Shown: piece after piece, positions 46,276 through 56,204 of the stretch
How the letters are laid out: each line of letters opens with the position of its first letter
Numbering within the stretch: position 1 is the first letter of the stretch
IMG/VR virus record: IMGVR_UViG_3300031867_000021
Coordinates: 1-64,000 of that record
Length of the DNA stretch: 64,000 nucleotides
DNA from: a virus
Taxonomy: Duplodnaviria; Caudoviricetes
Reading direction: 5' to 3' (one strand)
Position numbers and translations under genes: made by a program
Notes under the pieces: model-generated
Database searches by the model: none
What the model saw: the letters and a program-made list of their open reading frames with translations, nothing else
Told to the model about the DNA's origin: nothing

Positions 46276-46633
46276 TCATGTCCACGCTCCTCTCTACATT
46301 TTCTCCAAATTCCGATCTGACGGTGATATCCGCCCGAATGCTGTGCTTATACCTTGTGGTGGAGGTCGAAACCAGTTCCTTTACCCCTCTCGTCTGCTTG
46401 ATATAGGCTGCTACATAGCCGATCATGGTATCAACGCCCTTTTCCGATCTCAGGCCGTTCACGAGGAACTGCGGAATTTCAAGCCCTATATCTCTGTCTT
46501 CCCACCAGTCCCCGCGGTGCAAGTCCATCCGGCTCTGCACCGCGGCCGCCACAGCATCCGTATCCACGAGCATCTGTGAGGAATTCTGAACCGGCCTCAT
46601 ATCTCCGTCTTCATCCACAGGTCTGTATCTCAT
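46247..46633 (-). CDS. Baseplate gp25/W-like sheath initiator
   Basis: MRYR..D.DGD...AV..R..L..G.WW.D...G. Confidence 0.7.
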   Translation of the reverse strand: MRYRPVDEDGDMRPVQNSSQMLVDTDAVAAAVQSRMDLHRGDWWEDRDIGLEIPQFLVNGLRSEKGVDTMIGYVAAYIKQTRGVKELVSTSTTRYKHSIRADITVRSEFGENVERSVDMNELLRALSR

Positions 46634-46639
46634 TCCATA

Positions 46640-48955
46640 TCACGCTCCCGAAATCAGATTGCGAATCGCATTGATAACCGCCGCTGAAGGATACTGCGAA
46701 GAAACAGTCACCCGCGGCACTTCCTCACCAACTACGGTATAGCAGGCGCGAATCGCGGCAGCGAACCGTTCCATAATCGTTTTCCACTTCGCGAAGTACC
46801 CGTTTTCAGTCTCCTGATTCAGAACAATCTCCGCAAGGCCGTAGGCGGCCCTTTTCGCATTGATCATCTGCCACATCTCCGTGATATCCGCCTTGTGAGA
46901 AATGCTTTCGTTCGAAATGATATCTCCCGAAGCGATTTCTCTGAAAAACTCTGTCTCAGACAGAGTGATCGTCCAGGACGCATCCGCAAGGCAGTGTGCC
47001 AGCTCGTCACTGACCCGCGCGAAGAACTCATAGGTTCCGGCGGCCTGCAGCTCAGCCCTGAAATAGGCAATTCCGGCTGCAGAAGAAACGCTCTTTGAAC
47101 TGCTCCATACGGTTTGACCATCTTTGACCGCCCACATGGACACGGTCTGCGCCATTCCGTCCGGCTCCGCTGAATAACTCACCTTAAAGGCCGGAGTTAA
47201 TGTCGCCATGGTGTTCACAACCGGAAGCTGAATCACCGGAGTTTCCGGCAGCCGGTTTTTCCTGACCGTTGTCGTTTCTGCATAGGCGCTCATCGCGCCG
47301 ATGGTATCTCTGGCCGCCACCCGATACTTGATAAAGCTTCCGCGAGGCAGAACCATCAGCGTCGGCGCATGGTTGTAGCTGGTTCCGATGACCGTTGCAA
47401 GACTTGTCCAGCTGCCCCATGAGGATCCGTCGGATGAAACTGCGTACTGCAGAACATAATCGCTCAGATTTCCATCCGCATCCGTAGAAGCCTCCCATGA
47501 GAGAACGATATTTCCGCTCTCATATCTTGCCGGCGTCACTTCAAAGCTTCCCGGAACAGTCGGCAGCGAGTTTCTGGTTACGACGCTTGAGGCAATCCAG
47601 TCGGAAGCAACACCCAGAGCATCGATCGCCCGAACGTAGTATTTTATTTTCGCTCCACGAGAGAAAGACGGAGCATCGAATTGATAACTGGTTACATTTC
47701 CAACGTTCGTAGCCGTTCCGCGCGTCCCGTTGTTGCTTGCATCAAGCGCAACCTCATAATAACTGATGTTTGAGGTCGTTTTTGCCGCAGCGGTCCATGA
47801 AACGGTGATTTTCCCATTCTCCCAAACCGCCGGGCTTGCCGAGATCCCGGAAGGCGCTCCTGGAACAATATTCTTCTGCAGCGAAGAGAACTCCACATAT
47901 CCGCTTGCTACACCGAAGGCGTCCACCGCCCTGACCCGGTACTGGATTTGGTATCCTCTCGTCAGAGAAGGCGAGGCGGTATAGGTTCTGTTTGTGCCGT
48001 TGCTCCACTCGCTCGACCACGCACTCCAGCTCGACCCGTTGTACGTTCTGTAGCTCAGGTTGTACTGGCTTATGCTTGATGTTGAGGAAGAGGAAGCATT
48101 CCACGAAAGAGTAATCGCACCTTCAAAGACTGCAGGCGTAGCGCTCAGCCCGCTCGGATTTGTCGGTGCAATATCCCTCCGCAGGGTACCGCTCGCGACA
48201 TAGCCGGAATAATAGCTCTCTCCGGCGCTGCCCTCTGTTCTGACCCGGAACTGCCGATAATAGCCCCTCGTGCCAGAAGGCGCAACCGCGACACTGGTAG
48301 CGGTTGTTGTGGTGTAATCAGCCCACGCGCCCCATGAGCTTCCGTCGGAGGATTCTCGGTACTGTATACGATATCTCTGAATTGAGTTGCTGCTTCCGGC
48401 AGAGCCCGCGTTCCAGCTCAGCGTCACATTCCCTTCAGAAATGGCACTGCTCAGCCTGACATTGCTCGGCGCTCCGCAGGCGGTATACACAAGGGCTGTC
48501 GTGATTACGACGGTCGCCTGTTCCCACCAGCCGACACCGTAATCCGCGTAACCCGTTCCGCCGTACCCCTTCTTCAGGGCAATGGTCTTCCCCCGAAGAT
48601 TTGTCCACGACTGGCCTGACTTATTGAAGTTTCCGGCCCCGTAGGATTCGCCAGGAGAAAACGAATGCTTCCCAAGTGAATAGGCGTTTCCGCCGGAAGA
48701 ATCGCAGATGAATAATTCGATGGACTGATCCGTGTCATCATAATTGTAAAACGTTCCATTAATCGAAATGCCGGTCGGGTATTCATCCGGCCCAAGAGCG
48801 ATCGTTCCGCCGCTGTTAGGCCAAACAGAATCCGGCTGTGCGTATATACATCCCTTTGTCGCGCCAAGGCAAGAATAGCTGTTAAACCGATACCGCCACA
48901 AATCTTCATAGGTATGGCGCTCCGGGTTTCCGATATAGCCAGTCCTTGAACCCAT
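46640..48955 (-). CDS. Fibronectin type III repeat virion protein
   Basis: About four repeats of P..P..L...ITLSW.A...I..Y...YRVRA.D..G..S. Confidence 0.75.
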   Translation of the reverse strand: MGSRTGYIGNPERHTYEDLWRYRFNSYSCLGATKGCIYAQPDSVWPNSGGTIALGPDEYPTGISINGTFYNYDDTDQSIELFICDSSGGNAYSLGKHSFSPGESYGAGNFNKSGQSWTNLRGKTIALKKGYGGTGYADYGVGWWEQATVVITTALVYTACGAPSNVRLSSAISEGNVTLSWNAGSAGSSNSIQRYRIQYRESSDGSSWGAWADYTTTTATSVAVAPSGTRGYYRQFRVRTEGSAGESYYSGYVASGTLRRDIAPTNPSGLSATPAVFEGAITLSWNASSSSTSSISQYNLSYRTYNGSSWSAWSSEWSNGTNRTYTASPSLTRGYQIQYRVRAVDAFGVASGYVEFSSLQKNIVPGAPSGISASPAVWENGKITVSWTAAAKTTSNISYYEVALDASNNGTRGTATNVGNVTSYQFDAPSFSRGAKIKYYVRAIDALGVASDWIASSVVTRNSLPTVPGSFEVTPARYESGNIVLSWEASTDADGNLSDYVLQYAVSSDGSSWGSWTSLATVIGTSYNHAPTLMVLPRGSFIKYRVAARDTIGAMSAYAETTTVRKNRLPETPVIQLPVVNTMATLTPAFKVSYSAEPDGMAQTVSMWAVKDGQTVWSSSKSVSSAAGIAYFRAELQAAGTYEFFARVSDELAHCLADASWTITLSETEFFREIASGDIISNESISHKADITEMWQMINAKRAAYGLAEIVLNQETENGYFAKWKTIMERFAAAIRACYTVVGEEVPRVTVSSQYPSAAVINAIRNLISGA

Positions 48956-48984
48956 TAAACCACCCCTTTCTCCCCGGTGGGCAC

Positions 48985-49569
48985 TCAGCTAACCCTTGTC
49001 CAGCAGTACATCAGCATTTCCGGCATTTCTTCCCACACTCCGCCGAACAGCGTACCAGGATTGGTCTCAACTGTGCTGAAATAAACGGCGCCGACCGGAT
49101 AAATGAGATCCAGAACGACATTTTTGCTCAGCATTTCCGTCCCATTAAGGTTCTGGATCCTGTTTGGCTTGCTTCGGAATCCGACAAAGGCAAAACCGTC
49201 CGAAATATCATGTTTTCTTACAGAGATCGGCGAACTGGATCCCCCATTCTGGAACCATGCATCGATACAGCAGTCCGAGAAAACCACAAGGCACTCATCG
49301 CCCTGCGAAATCGGAAAGGTGAATCCGGCTCCCTTTCCTCCGGGAAAGAATACCGGCACATCAGAGAGAAGCGGCGGCCGCACGTTCTTGCCGTTCATCA
49401 AGCTTCGGATAGCCAGTTCCACGGTGACTGTCTGTTCCGCCTCGTTATATGATCGGACAATCCCCGGCTGCGCGCAGTGAATCTCCTGTTTAATCAGCTC
49501 TTTCAGCCTGTCAAACTCCGCGCCGGGTGCCTGTACAATTTCATCGACAGAAACCTTACTCATCAGCAC
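48985..49569 (-). CDS. Baseplate spike (Gp138-like N-terminus) with a Gp10-C-like tail
   Basis: DVPV.FP......FPI..GDECLVVF.D..ID.W...RKHD.SDG. Confidence 0.8.
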   Translation of the reverse strand: MLMSKVSVDEIVQAPGAEFDRLKELIKQEIHCAQPGIVRSYNEAEQTVTVELAIRSLMNGKNVRPPLLSDVPVFFPGGKGAGFTFPISQGDECLVVFSDCCIDAWFQNGGSSSPISVRKHDISDGFAFVGFRSKPNRIQNLNGTEMLSKNVVLDLIYPVGAVYFSTVETNPGTLFGGVWEEMPEMLMYCWTRVS

Positions 49570-50357
49570 CCGCCTCCCCAGTCATTCCAGTTGTCGATCT
49601 GCGTTTCATCGACCAGAATCAGCTCGGTTTTCCAGAGTCCCTTCATGCTGTCCGCGTCAATCGTCTGACAGAGAAGCCTGTAGCTCGCCGCGGAATCCGG
49701 CAGTTTAATCGTCTGTCCGACAGGAAAACCCCGCATCCCGACAATCTGCACGATATACGCCCCTTCGGCCTGAGCAACCCGGTTCATGATATCCTGCGAG
49801 CCGAAGGTGATGGTGTCTGTTGATCTTCCCTTCTGGAAAATGAACAGGCCCCCGCGGGTGAAGTACGCGCGGGACTGCATGGATTTTGCCAGCTCGCTGA
49901 TATAAACGGCCGTTCTGCCATGAAAAGCCTGACCCCGGAACAGCGTGGCGTCATCCGCTCGAATCGCCACAATCGGGACCGGGCGGGAGCACTGCTCCAC
50001 CAGCGTCCGAATCGTCTTCTGAATGGAGTTTCCGGCTCGCAGGCTCAAAGAAACCGAGGACATCCAGAAATCCATCCCGTCCGAAATGACGATGGTCGTC
50101 ATATCCTTGTTGTTGTCCGTATGGGTGTAAATCTCTTCCACCTGACCGCGAACCAGCAGGCTTTCCTCCTGTCCCTTGACGTCCAGAACCTTCGCGTCAT
50201 GGATCCTTCCGGCGGCATCCTCCGGCAGCAGGTGAACCGTCAGCTCCCATAGGTCCGGCCGGAGACTCATCGTCGCCCTGCCCCGCAGCCGCATCCGGCA
50301 CCCTTCCGCGATCCGTACCCCATCCGCGAACAGGCTTAGTTCTCTCAGCTCGTCCAT
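49563..50357 (-). CDS. Baseplate hub protein
   Basis: Position between the tube initiator and the spike; size fits. Confidence 0.55.
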   Translation of the reverse strand: MDELRELSLFADGVRIAEGCRMRLRGRATMSLRPDLWELTVHLLPEDAAGRIHDAKVLDVKGQEESLLVRGQVEEIYTHTDNNKDMTTIVISDGMDFWMSSVSLSLRAGNSIQKTIRTLVEQCSRPVPIVAIRADDATLFRGQAFHGRTAVYISELAKSMQSRAYFTRGGLFIFQKGRSTDTITFGSQDIMNRVAQAEGAYIVQIVGMRGFPVGQTIKLPDSAASYRLLCQTIDADSMKGLWKTELILVDETQIDNWNDWGGGC

Positions 50358-50698
50358 GGACTATCCCCCCAGACAAGCTCATACTCTTGGATGTTCGTCA
50401 CCATATTCGGCGTTTCGATCTTGTTAATCACAGGGAAACAGACAACCGCCCCACAGAGCTTGTAAGAAACCTGCTTCAGCAGGTCATTAAGCGAACCGTC
50501 TTCGGACGGCACAAGCGGGAAATTCCGCAGCACATCCTCGCCAGTGCTCACATCAATCACCGTGGCGAAATACTTCCCGACAAATTCCCGGTAATCCAGA
50601 ATCAGCCGGTATGTTCTGGCCTTCTCATTCGGCTGCACGTCCATCGTTTGAGACTGACTGACATAGTCAGGATTGATCTGCAGCATGATCTGTTCCAT
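50345..50698 (-). CDS. Phage baseplate plug-like protein
   Basis: Gene order; PLV...DLLKQ..Y motif. Confidence 0.5.
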   Translation of the reverse strand: MEQIMLQINPDYVSQSQTMDVQPNEKARTYRLILDYREFVGKYFATVIDVSTGEDVLRNFPLVPSEDGSLNDLLKQVSYKLCGAVVCFPVINKIETPNMVTNIQEYELVWGDSPWTS

Positions 50699-50716
50699 TG
50701 CCCGTCACCCTCTTTC

Positions 50717-51661
50717 TCAGATGAAGTTCGCACCGACCCAGTTGACCCAGACCGAAGGAGTGCATCCGCTTGACTTTCCGGTATGCTTTGTGACTTCGGT
50801 GGATCTCTCTTCTCCGCCGCCGCCTCCACCGCCGCCTTCCGGCTTTTCCTGGAACGTAAGCTGCCCATACCAGCCGAAATGCGTGGTATCCGCATCCTGC
50901 GACAGGGAAAGCCCGGCCAGAAGCATATCCTTGTAGGTCATGAGGTTCGTGATCACATCCACAAGAACCCGGCTTCTTTTGATCTCATTCAGAACAATCA
51001 GAGCCGAAACCGACCGGGTTTTGTCCTTGTTGGTCAGGGCATTCCGGTCGGTGTAGACATCCGACATAATGACATCGAAAGTCACCTTGTTCGGCTCATT
51101 CAGGGCATTGTTGACATAGTCCGCGCCCTCTTTTGACGGCTCTTCCTCCAGCTTCAGCGTCATGGTGTGAGCAACTTTCAGAACGCCGTCCATCATGTAG
51201 GTTTCATTATTACTTTTGTTGTAGATATAGAAGGCCTGAGGAGTGATTGGGAATTCATTTGTGCCGGTGTAAGTGGAGGCCGGCATATTGCTTCCGCCGC
51301 CGCCTCCACCTCCGCCGCCACCTTCTCCACCGCCTCCGCCGCCTCCGCCTGAGCCGCCAGAACCGCCAGAGTTTCCATTCCAAATGCAGTTCATTCTCCG
51401 GCCACAGATACTACAGGTGGCATATTTCTTGTTTTCGGAGGCAACATGCACTGGCGTCCCGCTCGAATTGTGATCGCCAAATGCAGTTTGGGTGAATCTG
51501 CCATTCGTATAAGTGATCACTTTCCAATGTCTCGACGCATCATGCTGCCATGTTTCGCTGGAAACTTTAGCAACTACGTTTGCCGCAACCCTTTTGGCTG
51601 TAGTCACTGCCCTGCTCGCAGCATTTGCTGCAGCATTCACAATGTTCTGAATGGTTACCAT
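50717..51661 (-). CDS. Tail tube initiator/Dit-like protein with Gly-rich linkers
   Basis: H...L.EEP...GA....A..EP..V...VIT.L..Y.DML; follows the tape measure gene. Confidence 0.65.
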   Translation of the reverse strand: MVTIQNIVNAAANAASRAVTTAKRVAANVVAKVSSETWQHDASRHWKVITYTNGRFTQTAFGDHNSSGTPVHVASENKKYATCSICGRRMNCIWNGNSGGSGGSGGGGGGGGEGGGGGGGGGGSNMPASTYTGTNEFPITPQAFYIYNKSNNETYMMDGVLKVAHTMTLKLEEEPSKEGADYVNNALNEPNKVTFDVIMSDVYTDRNALTNKDKTRSVSALIVLNEIKRSRVLVDVITNLMTYKDMLLAGLSLSQDADTTHFGWYGQLTFQEKPEGGGGGGGGEERSTEVTKHTGKSSGCTPSVWVNWVGANFI

Positions 51662-54600
51662 TACGCAAACACCCCCCTCAAAGTCCGAAGCAGATGGCGC
51701 TGCGCCGCATCATAAGCCCTTTCGCCGACATCCTCGGCTCCAACTCCGCTGGCCTGCACGTTGATATTGATCGGAGCGGTTACGGTATTGTTGTTGGTCA
51801 CAGAAGCGGAAGAACCCATCGCACTGGCAATGGAAGCATAATCCGCGCCAATCGTGTTTCCTCCGGCGCCGATTCCAAGGTCGCCGATGATTTTGCTTAC
51901 CGCAGAAGTGCCCATTTCACCGAACATCTGCTTGATGAGCTCCGCAGCCCGGCTCGGCTTCGTGATAGGAATGAGGTATTCAGGACCATCTTCGCCTGCT
52001 GTCAGGTTGTTAATTTCACGGCCGATACGACCGCCAAAGGCTCCGCGCGGTCCCGATTTCTTATATCCACTGCCGCCAGAGCCTTTGTCGCCATTTGGGA
52101 GCGAGCCTACGATGTTCCCCATTCGCATGTTGACCAAAATATTTATCTCGCCGGGGATCTCCTCCAGAGCGGGTGTAACCTCATCGTTTCCGACAAGAAG
52201 AGATGCTCTTGTTTCCGGCGTTCTGGATTCAAGCTCGTTGATCTTTTCCTCGGCTTCAGAGGTATCCATGGTCAGCTTGCCGACATTGGCTCCGGCCCCA
52301 CCTGGAGAGCCGCTGCTGCCAGAACCGGCAGGCGCGCTCGGCTGCGCATATTGACTATACGGTGAGAGCGGATCGTTTTTGAAATTGTACAGTCTGTTGT
52401 TTTGTACGTTTTCTGTACCCAATGGGGTCCAACCCCAAGGATCTCCACTGTAATCCCAATTATGTTCGATCCCTGTGTTCAAATATGGAATAAAGAATTC
52501 ATCAAACTTTTGGTTCCCGGTAAGTTCTCCAGAGGACATGAATTTGCCGTTTCGTATTGTAGTGTATTTAAAGAACGGTTCAAACTCATCATAAACACTT
52601 TTGGGAACAGTTGCTGTTTCCCCGCTGGATGATACGATTTCTACGGTCTGATTTCCTTTATCGTCTGTTCCTACGATTACATTCCCTTGCGCATCTTTTT
52701 TAGCGGAAGAGGAGCTTGGATCATCGCCAAAGAGTCTCAGAAAATCCTGGAAAACAGGGCTGGCTGCACTGAACAGATTCTGCATGATTGTTTGACTCCA
52801 CTCGGAAGCCAGTTGGGCTATTTTCCCAAAGATATCTCCAAAAATGGAATCTATGTCCAAATCTTCAAAGAGGAAATTCTTAAGTCCTCCGGTCTTTCCC
52901 CCATGTCCATCATCAACGCCGTTCAAGAACTCATCAAGCTTGTTGCTGAGCCGATTTTTAAATCCATCCTGCCCATTGGCTCCGTTCCACCACTCATCAA
53001 GCCCCTGCGTCAGACTCTGCCAGAGCGGTTCAAGAGCTTTGCGCAGACCATTATCACTCCGCATGGTGTGAGCTTCGTCGGCCCATGTTCCCATCCAGAT
53101 GGTTTCAAAAGCATCTCGAATGGTATTTATGTCATCCTGAAGGGTCTGCATTCCCTCTGCCGAGCTGTAATACTTGAACGCCTCAGCAAGTCCGGCAAAG
53201 ATTCCGAGAGCATCGCTCCCGGTGGCGGTTTTAACCGTCATGCCAGTAAAAAACGATTTCCAGAAACCGGTCTTTGTGATTTCCTCAGATACAGTTCTTG
53301 CTATCTGGTCTTCATTGCTTCCTTCAGAGAAAATCTTTGAAATAATACTCTGAAGCAATCCGCCGACAAGGTCACTGCCCGCCTCCAGAGCGTTGAATGC
53401 TGCCTTTAAACCTTCAAAAATGAGAGTTGCGATTGAGGTAAAGTCAACTCCCATGTTGGTTAGCATCTGCTCCGTTACTTTTTGACCATATTCATCGTCC
53501 GTCCAGTTCGGATCTCTTATGACCTGTTTCATCGCGTCTTCCCGCGCTTCGGTGAACATGGTCACAATGCCGCCGATGATCGAACCGACATCAGACACGC
53601 CGAGGAGCTTGAGTATCAGCCCGGCGCCAATACCAGAACTTACGCTGTTCCCGTGAGCAGCTTCTTCAATCGCCTGAGTCAGGGCTGGATTGTTTCCGGC
53701 AAACATCGTCGCAATCAACCCGCCGAGTTCTGCGGTAAGCCGGCCTCCGGCGCCAAGCGCGCCCGTCAGGGTTCCGATGATGTTCCTTGCAAGATCGATG
53801 ATTTTACTCTGTCCATCAGTTGAACCAATATATGATGTTACGGCACCGAAAATGCCTCCTACGCCCTCTGCGTCACCGATGAACAGATCCCAAATACTGA
53901 AATCGCTGAGTGTCTGTCTGATTTCCCCAAGCTTATTATTGACAGCCTCAAGCACCATCTCGAAAACGCCGGATACCCGCTCGCTGACGCTTCGGCCTTC
54001 GTTTTGCGGTCCCAGCAGGAAATCCCACATTCCAGTGAAGGCTGTTTCGGTATACTGATAGGTCTGTCCATTGACCACAGTGGTCGGATTATCAGGGGTC
54101 AGCCCGAGCCGCTGATTCCTCTGATAGTTGTTCATATCGTCGATGACGCCGCCGATAGCCGTAATCAGGAACAGGATCTGCCCTATCGGCCCGGATTTTA
54201 TCAGCCCCATAACGAATATAATGGCTTCACCGATCTTCCGAATCGCCGGGTCAATCTCATTCACGGTTTCCAGGATCCCGGTAAAGCCCTCCACGATTCC
54301 CTCCACGCCCTTGATGAATCCGGTGATGTAAGAGGAGATTTTCATCGTGATAGAATCCAGATTGTTCTGCAGCCACTTGGCAACGCCTCTGAGCTTGTCC
54401 GTAATCCTCTTGACCGGTTCCTCAATCTGCGTCAGAACCCTCGCACCGATCCAGTCCAGGACATTCTTGGCAGTCGCCCGAAGCTCCCAGAATGCACCAC
54501 GCAGACTTTTGAGTCCTTCAATGGTGTTGTTGATGTTGGGCATCGCCATCTGCTCGTTGATTTTGACAAGTTCCTGATAAGTCTTGTTCAGCTCTTTATC

Positions 54601-55008
54601 CGCTTTGACTTCCTTCAGGGTTTTGCCCATGGCCTGCAGCGCGTTTTCGGAAGCCCGAACCGCCTCCGTGGTCTTTTTCTGCTGCTTTGCCATCTTCTGG
54701 AGACTGAGCTCCGTATCGAAAATGCCCTTCGCGAACTTATAAATCGCGGTCGTCGCGGCGGCAAAAATACCCGCCAGAAGCATCGCGCGCTGTCTGGCGG
54801 CCTCGCTTGAATTCCCGAGCTTCTGCAGTTGGGATTCCGCGCCCTCAACGCTGTTCGCGAAACCCTCAACCGCAGCAGCGGATTCGGACACGGAAGAGGC
54901 CATTTCCATGGCTTTCGACTTCATCGAATCCATGAGTCCGAGCATCGAATTGAAACTTTGATCAATCTGCGCGGACAGCTTTATGGTTTGTTCGTTCTCG
55001 TTCGCCAC
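51661..55008 (-). CDS. Tape measure protein
   Basis: 1115 aa, helical and amphipathic; C-terminal A.GG...AGEDGPEY.IP motif. Confidence 0.85.
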   Translation of the reverse strand: MANENEQTIKLSAQIDQSFNSMLGLMDSMKSKAMEMASSVSESAAAVEGFANSVEGAESQLQKLGNSSEAARQRAMLLAGIFAAATTAIYKFAKGIFDTELSLQKMAKQQKKTTEAVRASENALQAMGKTLKEVKADKELNKTYQELVKINEQMAMPNINNTIEGLKSLRGAFWELRATAKNVLDWIGARVLTQIEEPVKRITDKLRGVAKWLQNNLDSITMKISSYITGFIKGVEGIVEGFTGILETVNEIDPAIRKIGEAIIFVMGLIKSGPIGQILFLITAIGGVIDDMNNYQRNQRLGLTPDNPTTVVNGQTYQYTETAFTGMWDFLLGPQNEGRSVSERVSGVFEMVLEAVNNKLGEIRQTLSDFSIWDLFIGDAEGVGGIFGAVTSYIGSTDGQSKIIDLARNIIGTLTGALGAGGRLTAELGGLIATMFAGNNPALTQAIEEAAHGNSVSSGIGAGLILKLLGVSDVGSIIGGIVTMFTEAREDAMKQVIRDPNWTDDEYGQKVTEQMLTNMGVDFTSIATLIFEGLKAAFNALEAGSDLVGGLLQSIISKIFSEGSNEDQIARTVSEEITKTGFWKSFFTGMTVKTATGSDALGIFAGLAEAFKYYSSAEGMQTLQDDINTIRDAFETIWMGTWADEAHTMRSDNGLRKALEPLWQSLTQGLDEWWNGANGQDGFKNRLSNKLDEFLNGVDDGHGGKTGGLKNFLFEDLDIDSIFGDIFGKIAQLASEWSQTIMQNLFSAASPVFQDFLRLFGDDPSSSSAKKDAQGNVIVGTDDKGNQTVEIVSSSGETATVPKSVYDEFEPFFKYTTIRNGKFMSSGELTGNQKFDEFFIPYLNTGIEHNWDYSGDPWGWTPLGTENVQNNRLYNFKNDPLSPYSQYAQPSAPAGSGSSGSPGGAGANVGKLTMDTSEAEEKINELESRTPETRASLLVGNDEVTPALEEIPGEINILVNMRMGNIVGSLPNGDKGSGGSGYKKSGPRGAFGGRIGREINNLTAGEDGPEYLIPITKPSRAAELIKQMFGEMGTSAVSKIIGDLGIGAGGNTIGADYASIASAMGSSASVTNNNTVTAPININVQASGVGAEDVGERAYDAAQRHLLRTLRGVFA

Positions 55009-55019
55009 TTCAATTCACC

Positions 55020-55247
55020 TCAATTCTTTGCCGCGTCCATACTCCGCTTTTCGTTCTCATGCTGGACGTTTAATAGTTCAATCGCGTCCCACAGGTCATC
55101 CAGATTGTAGGTTCCGTCCCACAGCTCATGCTGCTTCCACATTCCGGCGGCTACGGGAGCGAAAAGTGTCTCATCTATGTTTTCGGCTCTTGCCGGGAGC
55201 CAATTTTGCGGCCGAGGAGAGAAGTCAAGCCGCTTTCTTCGAAAAAA
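55020..55247 (-). CDS. Tail assembly chaperone T segment (-1 frame)
   Basis: LWDGTY.LDDL motif; reached by a -1 shift at T TTT TTC (55241-55247). Confidence 0.7.
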   Translation of the reverse strand, partial: FFRRKRLDFSPRPQNWLPARAENIDETLFAPVAAGMWKQHELWDGTYNLDDLWDAIELLNVQHENEKRSMDAAKN

Positions 55248-55666
55248 TCGGAACAATTCAGCGCGACAACCTCATAAACCAGCCGCAGGCAGGCCATGAC
55301 GTTATACTCCAGCTCCTCCACCCCGAAATTTCCCCTCTCGTCCACAACCTGCTGATACCCGGCCGGAAGAGACATCTGCACCGTCTTCAGGCACAGGATG
55401 GTCAGCTTTTTCAGCTCTTCCTGCGACAGAGAAGCGAACATTTCAGGCAGCTGATTCGCAATCATATTGATATTGACAGTGAAGTTGTCTTTTTCCTCGT
55501 CCTCATTCTCAACGTTGAACTTGACCGCCGCCTGCAGCAGCGGCATCACCTTTTCCGAAACGACCTTCAGCAGGTACATTCCGTCATAGGCATTCATTTT
55601 CTTGATGTAGAACTTCCTAAGTTCCCCATCCACTTCAAACTCCACGTTTTTGGTGATTTCACGCAT
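55175..55666 (-). CDS. Tail assembly chaperone
   Basis: Between the tube and tape measure genes; contains N..DFF at the slippery site. Confidence 0.75.
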   Translation of the reverse strand: MREITKNVEFEVDGELRKFYIKKMNAYDGMYLLKVVSEKVMPLLQAAVKFNVENEDEEKDNFTVNINMIANQLPEMFASLSQEELKKLTILCLKTVQMSLPAGYQQVVDERGNFGVEELEYNVMACLRLVYEVVALNCSDFFEESGLTSLLGRKIGSRQEPKT

Positions 55667-55702
55667 GGTTTTGCCTCCTGTTTGATGGATCTCGACAGAA
55701 AA

Positions 55703-55740
55703 GCATCCGGCCGGGAGTTTGATTCCCGGCCGGATACTGG
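55703..55740. terminator. Hairpin after the tail tube gene
   Basis: ATCCGGCCGGGA-gtttgat-TCCCGGCCGGAT. Confidence 0.55.
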
Positions 55741-55755
55741 TGTGGTGATAAAAAT

Positions 55756-56190
55756 TTAGGTCTCGCTGATTTCCGCTGCCAGGAACGTATAGTTCCGGGT
55801 GGAGGAAGTCTGGTCGTAGTTCTCATCGGGCCACTTCTGCGGGGTCAGACCAACCAGAGTTGTGACTTTGCCACCCGCCGGGTCATTCAGCGTCATCTTG
55901 GTCAGCGCGAAACGATCCGTCGCCGCCGTGGTCAGATACTTGATGAGCTTGCGCAGATACTTATCCGCGGGAGAATTCTGCGGCAGCTCCAGAGCCACAG
56001 AGCCGTTCACGCTCCGCAGCTTATTCACGACTACATAGCCCGTGGCCGTCACAGTGTGGGAAGACAGGTCGCCCTGACGGGTAATCACCACCCGGCCGCC
56101 GCCTTCCTCGGAAATGACACACTGACCCACGTTGGGGTTGTTGATGGTCACTACGACATCCGCAAGGGAATATACAGAGAATTTATCCAT
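55756..56190 (-). CDS. Tail tube protein (DUF3277-like)
   Basis: YS..DV...G.V.L.L.QNSP; follows the sheath gene. Confidence 0.75.
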   Translation of the reverse strand: MDKFSVYSLADVVVTINNPNVGQCVISEEGGGRVVITRQGDLSSHTVTATGYVVVNKLRSVNGSVALELPQNSPADKYLRKLIKYLTTAATDRFALTKMTLNDPAGGKVTTLVGLTPQKWPDENYDQTSSTRNYTFLAAEISET

Positions 56191-56204
56191 CCTGTCTCAC
56201 CTCC

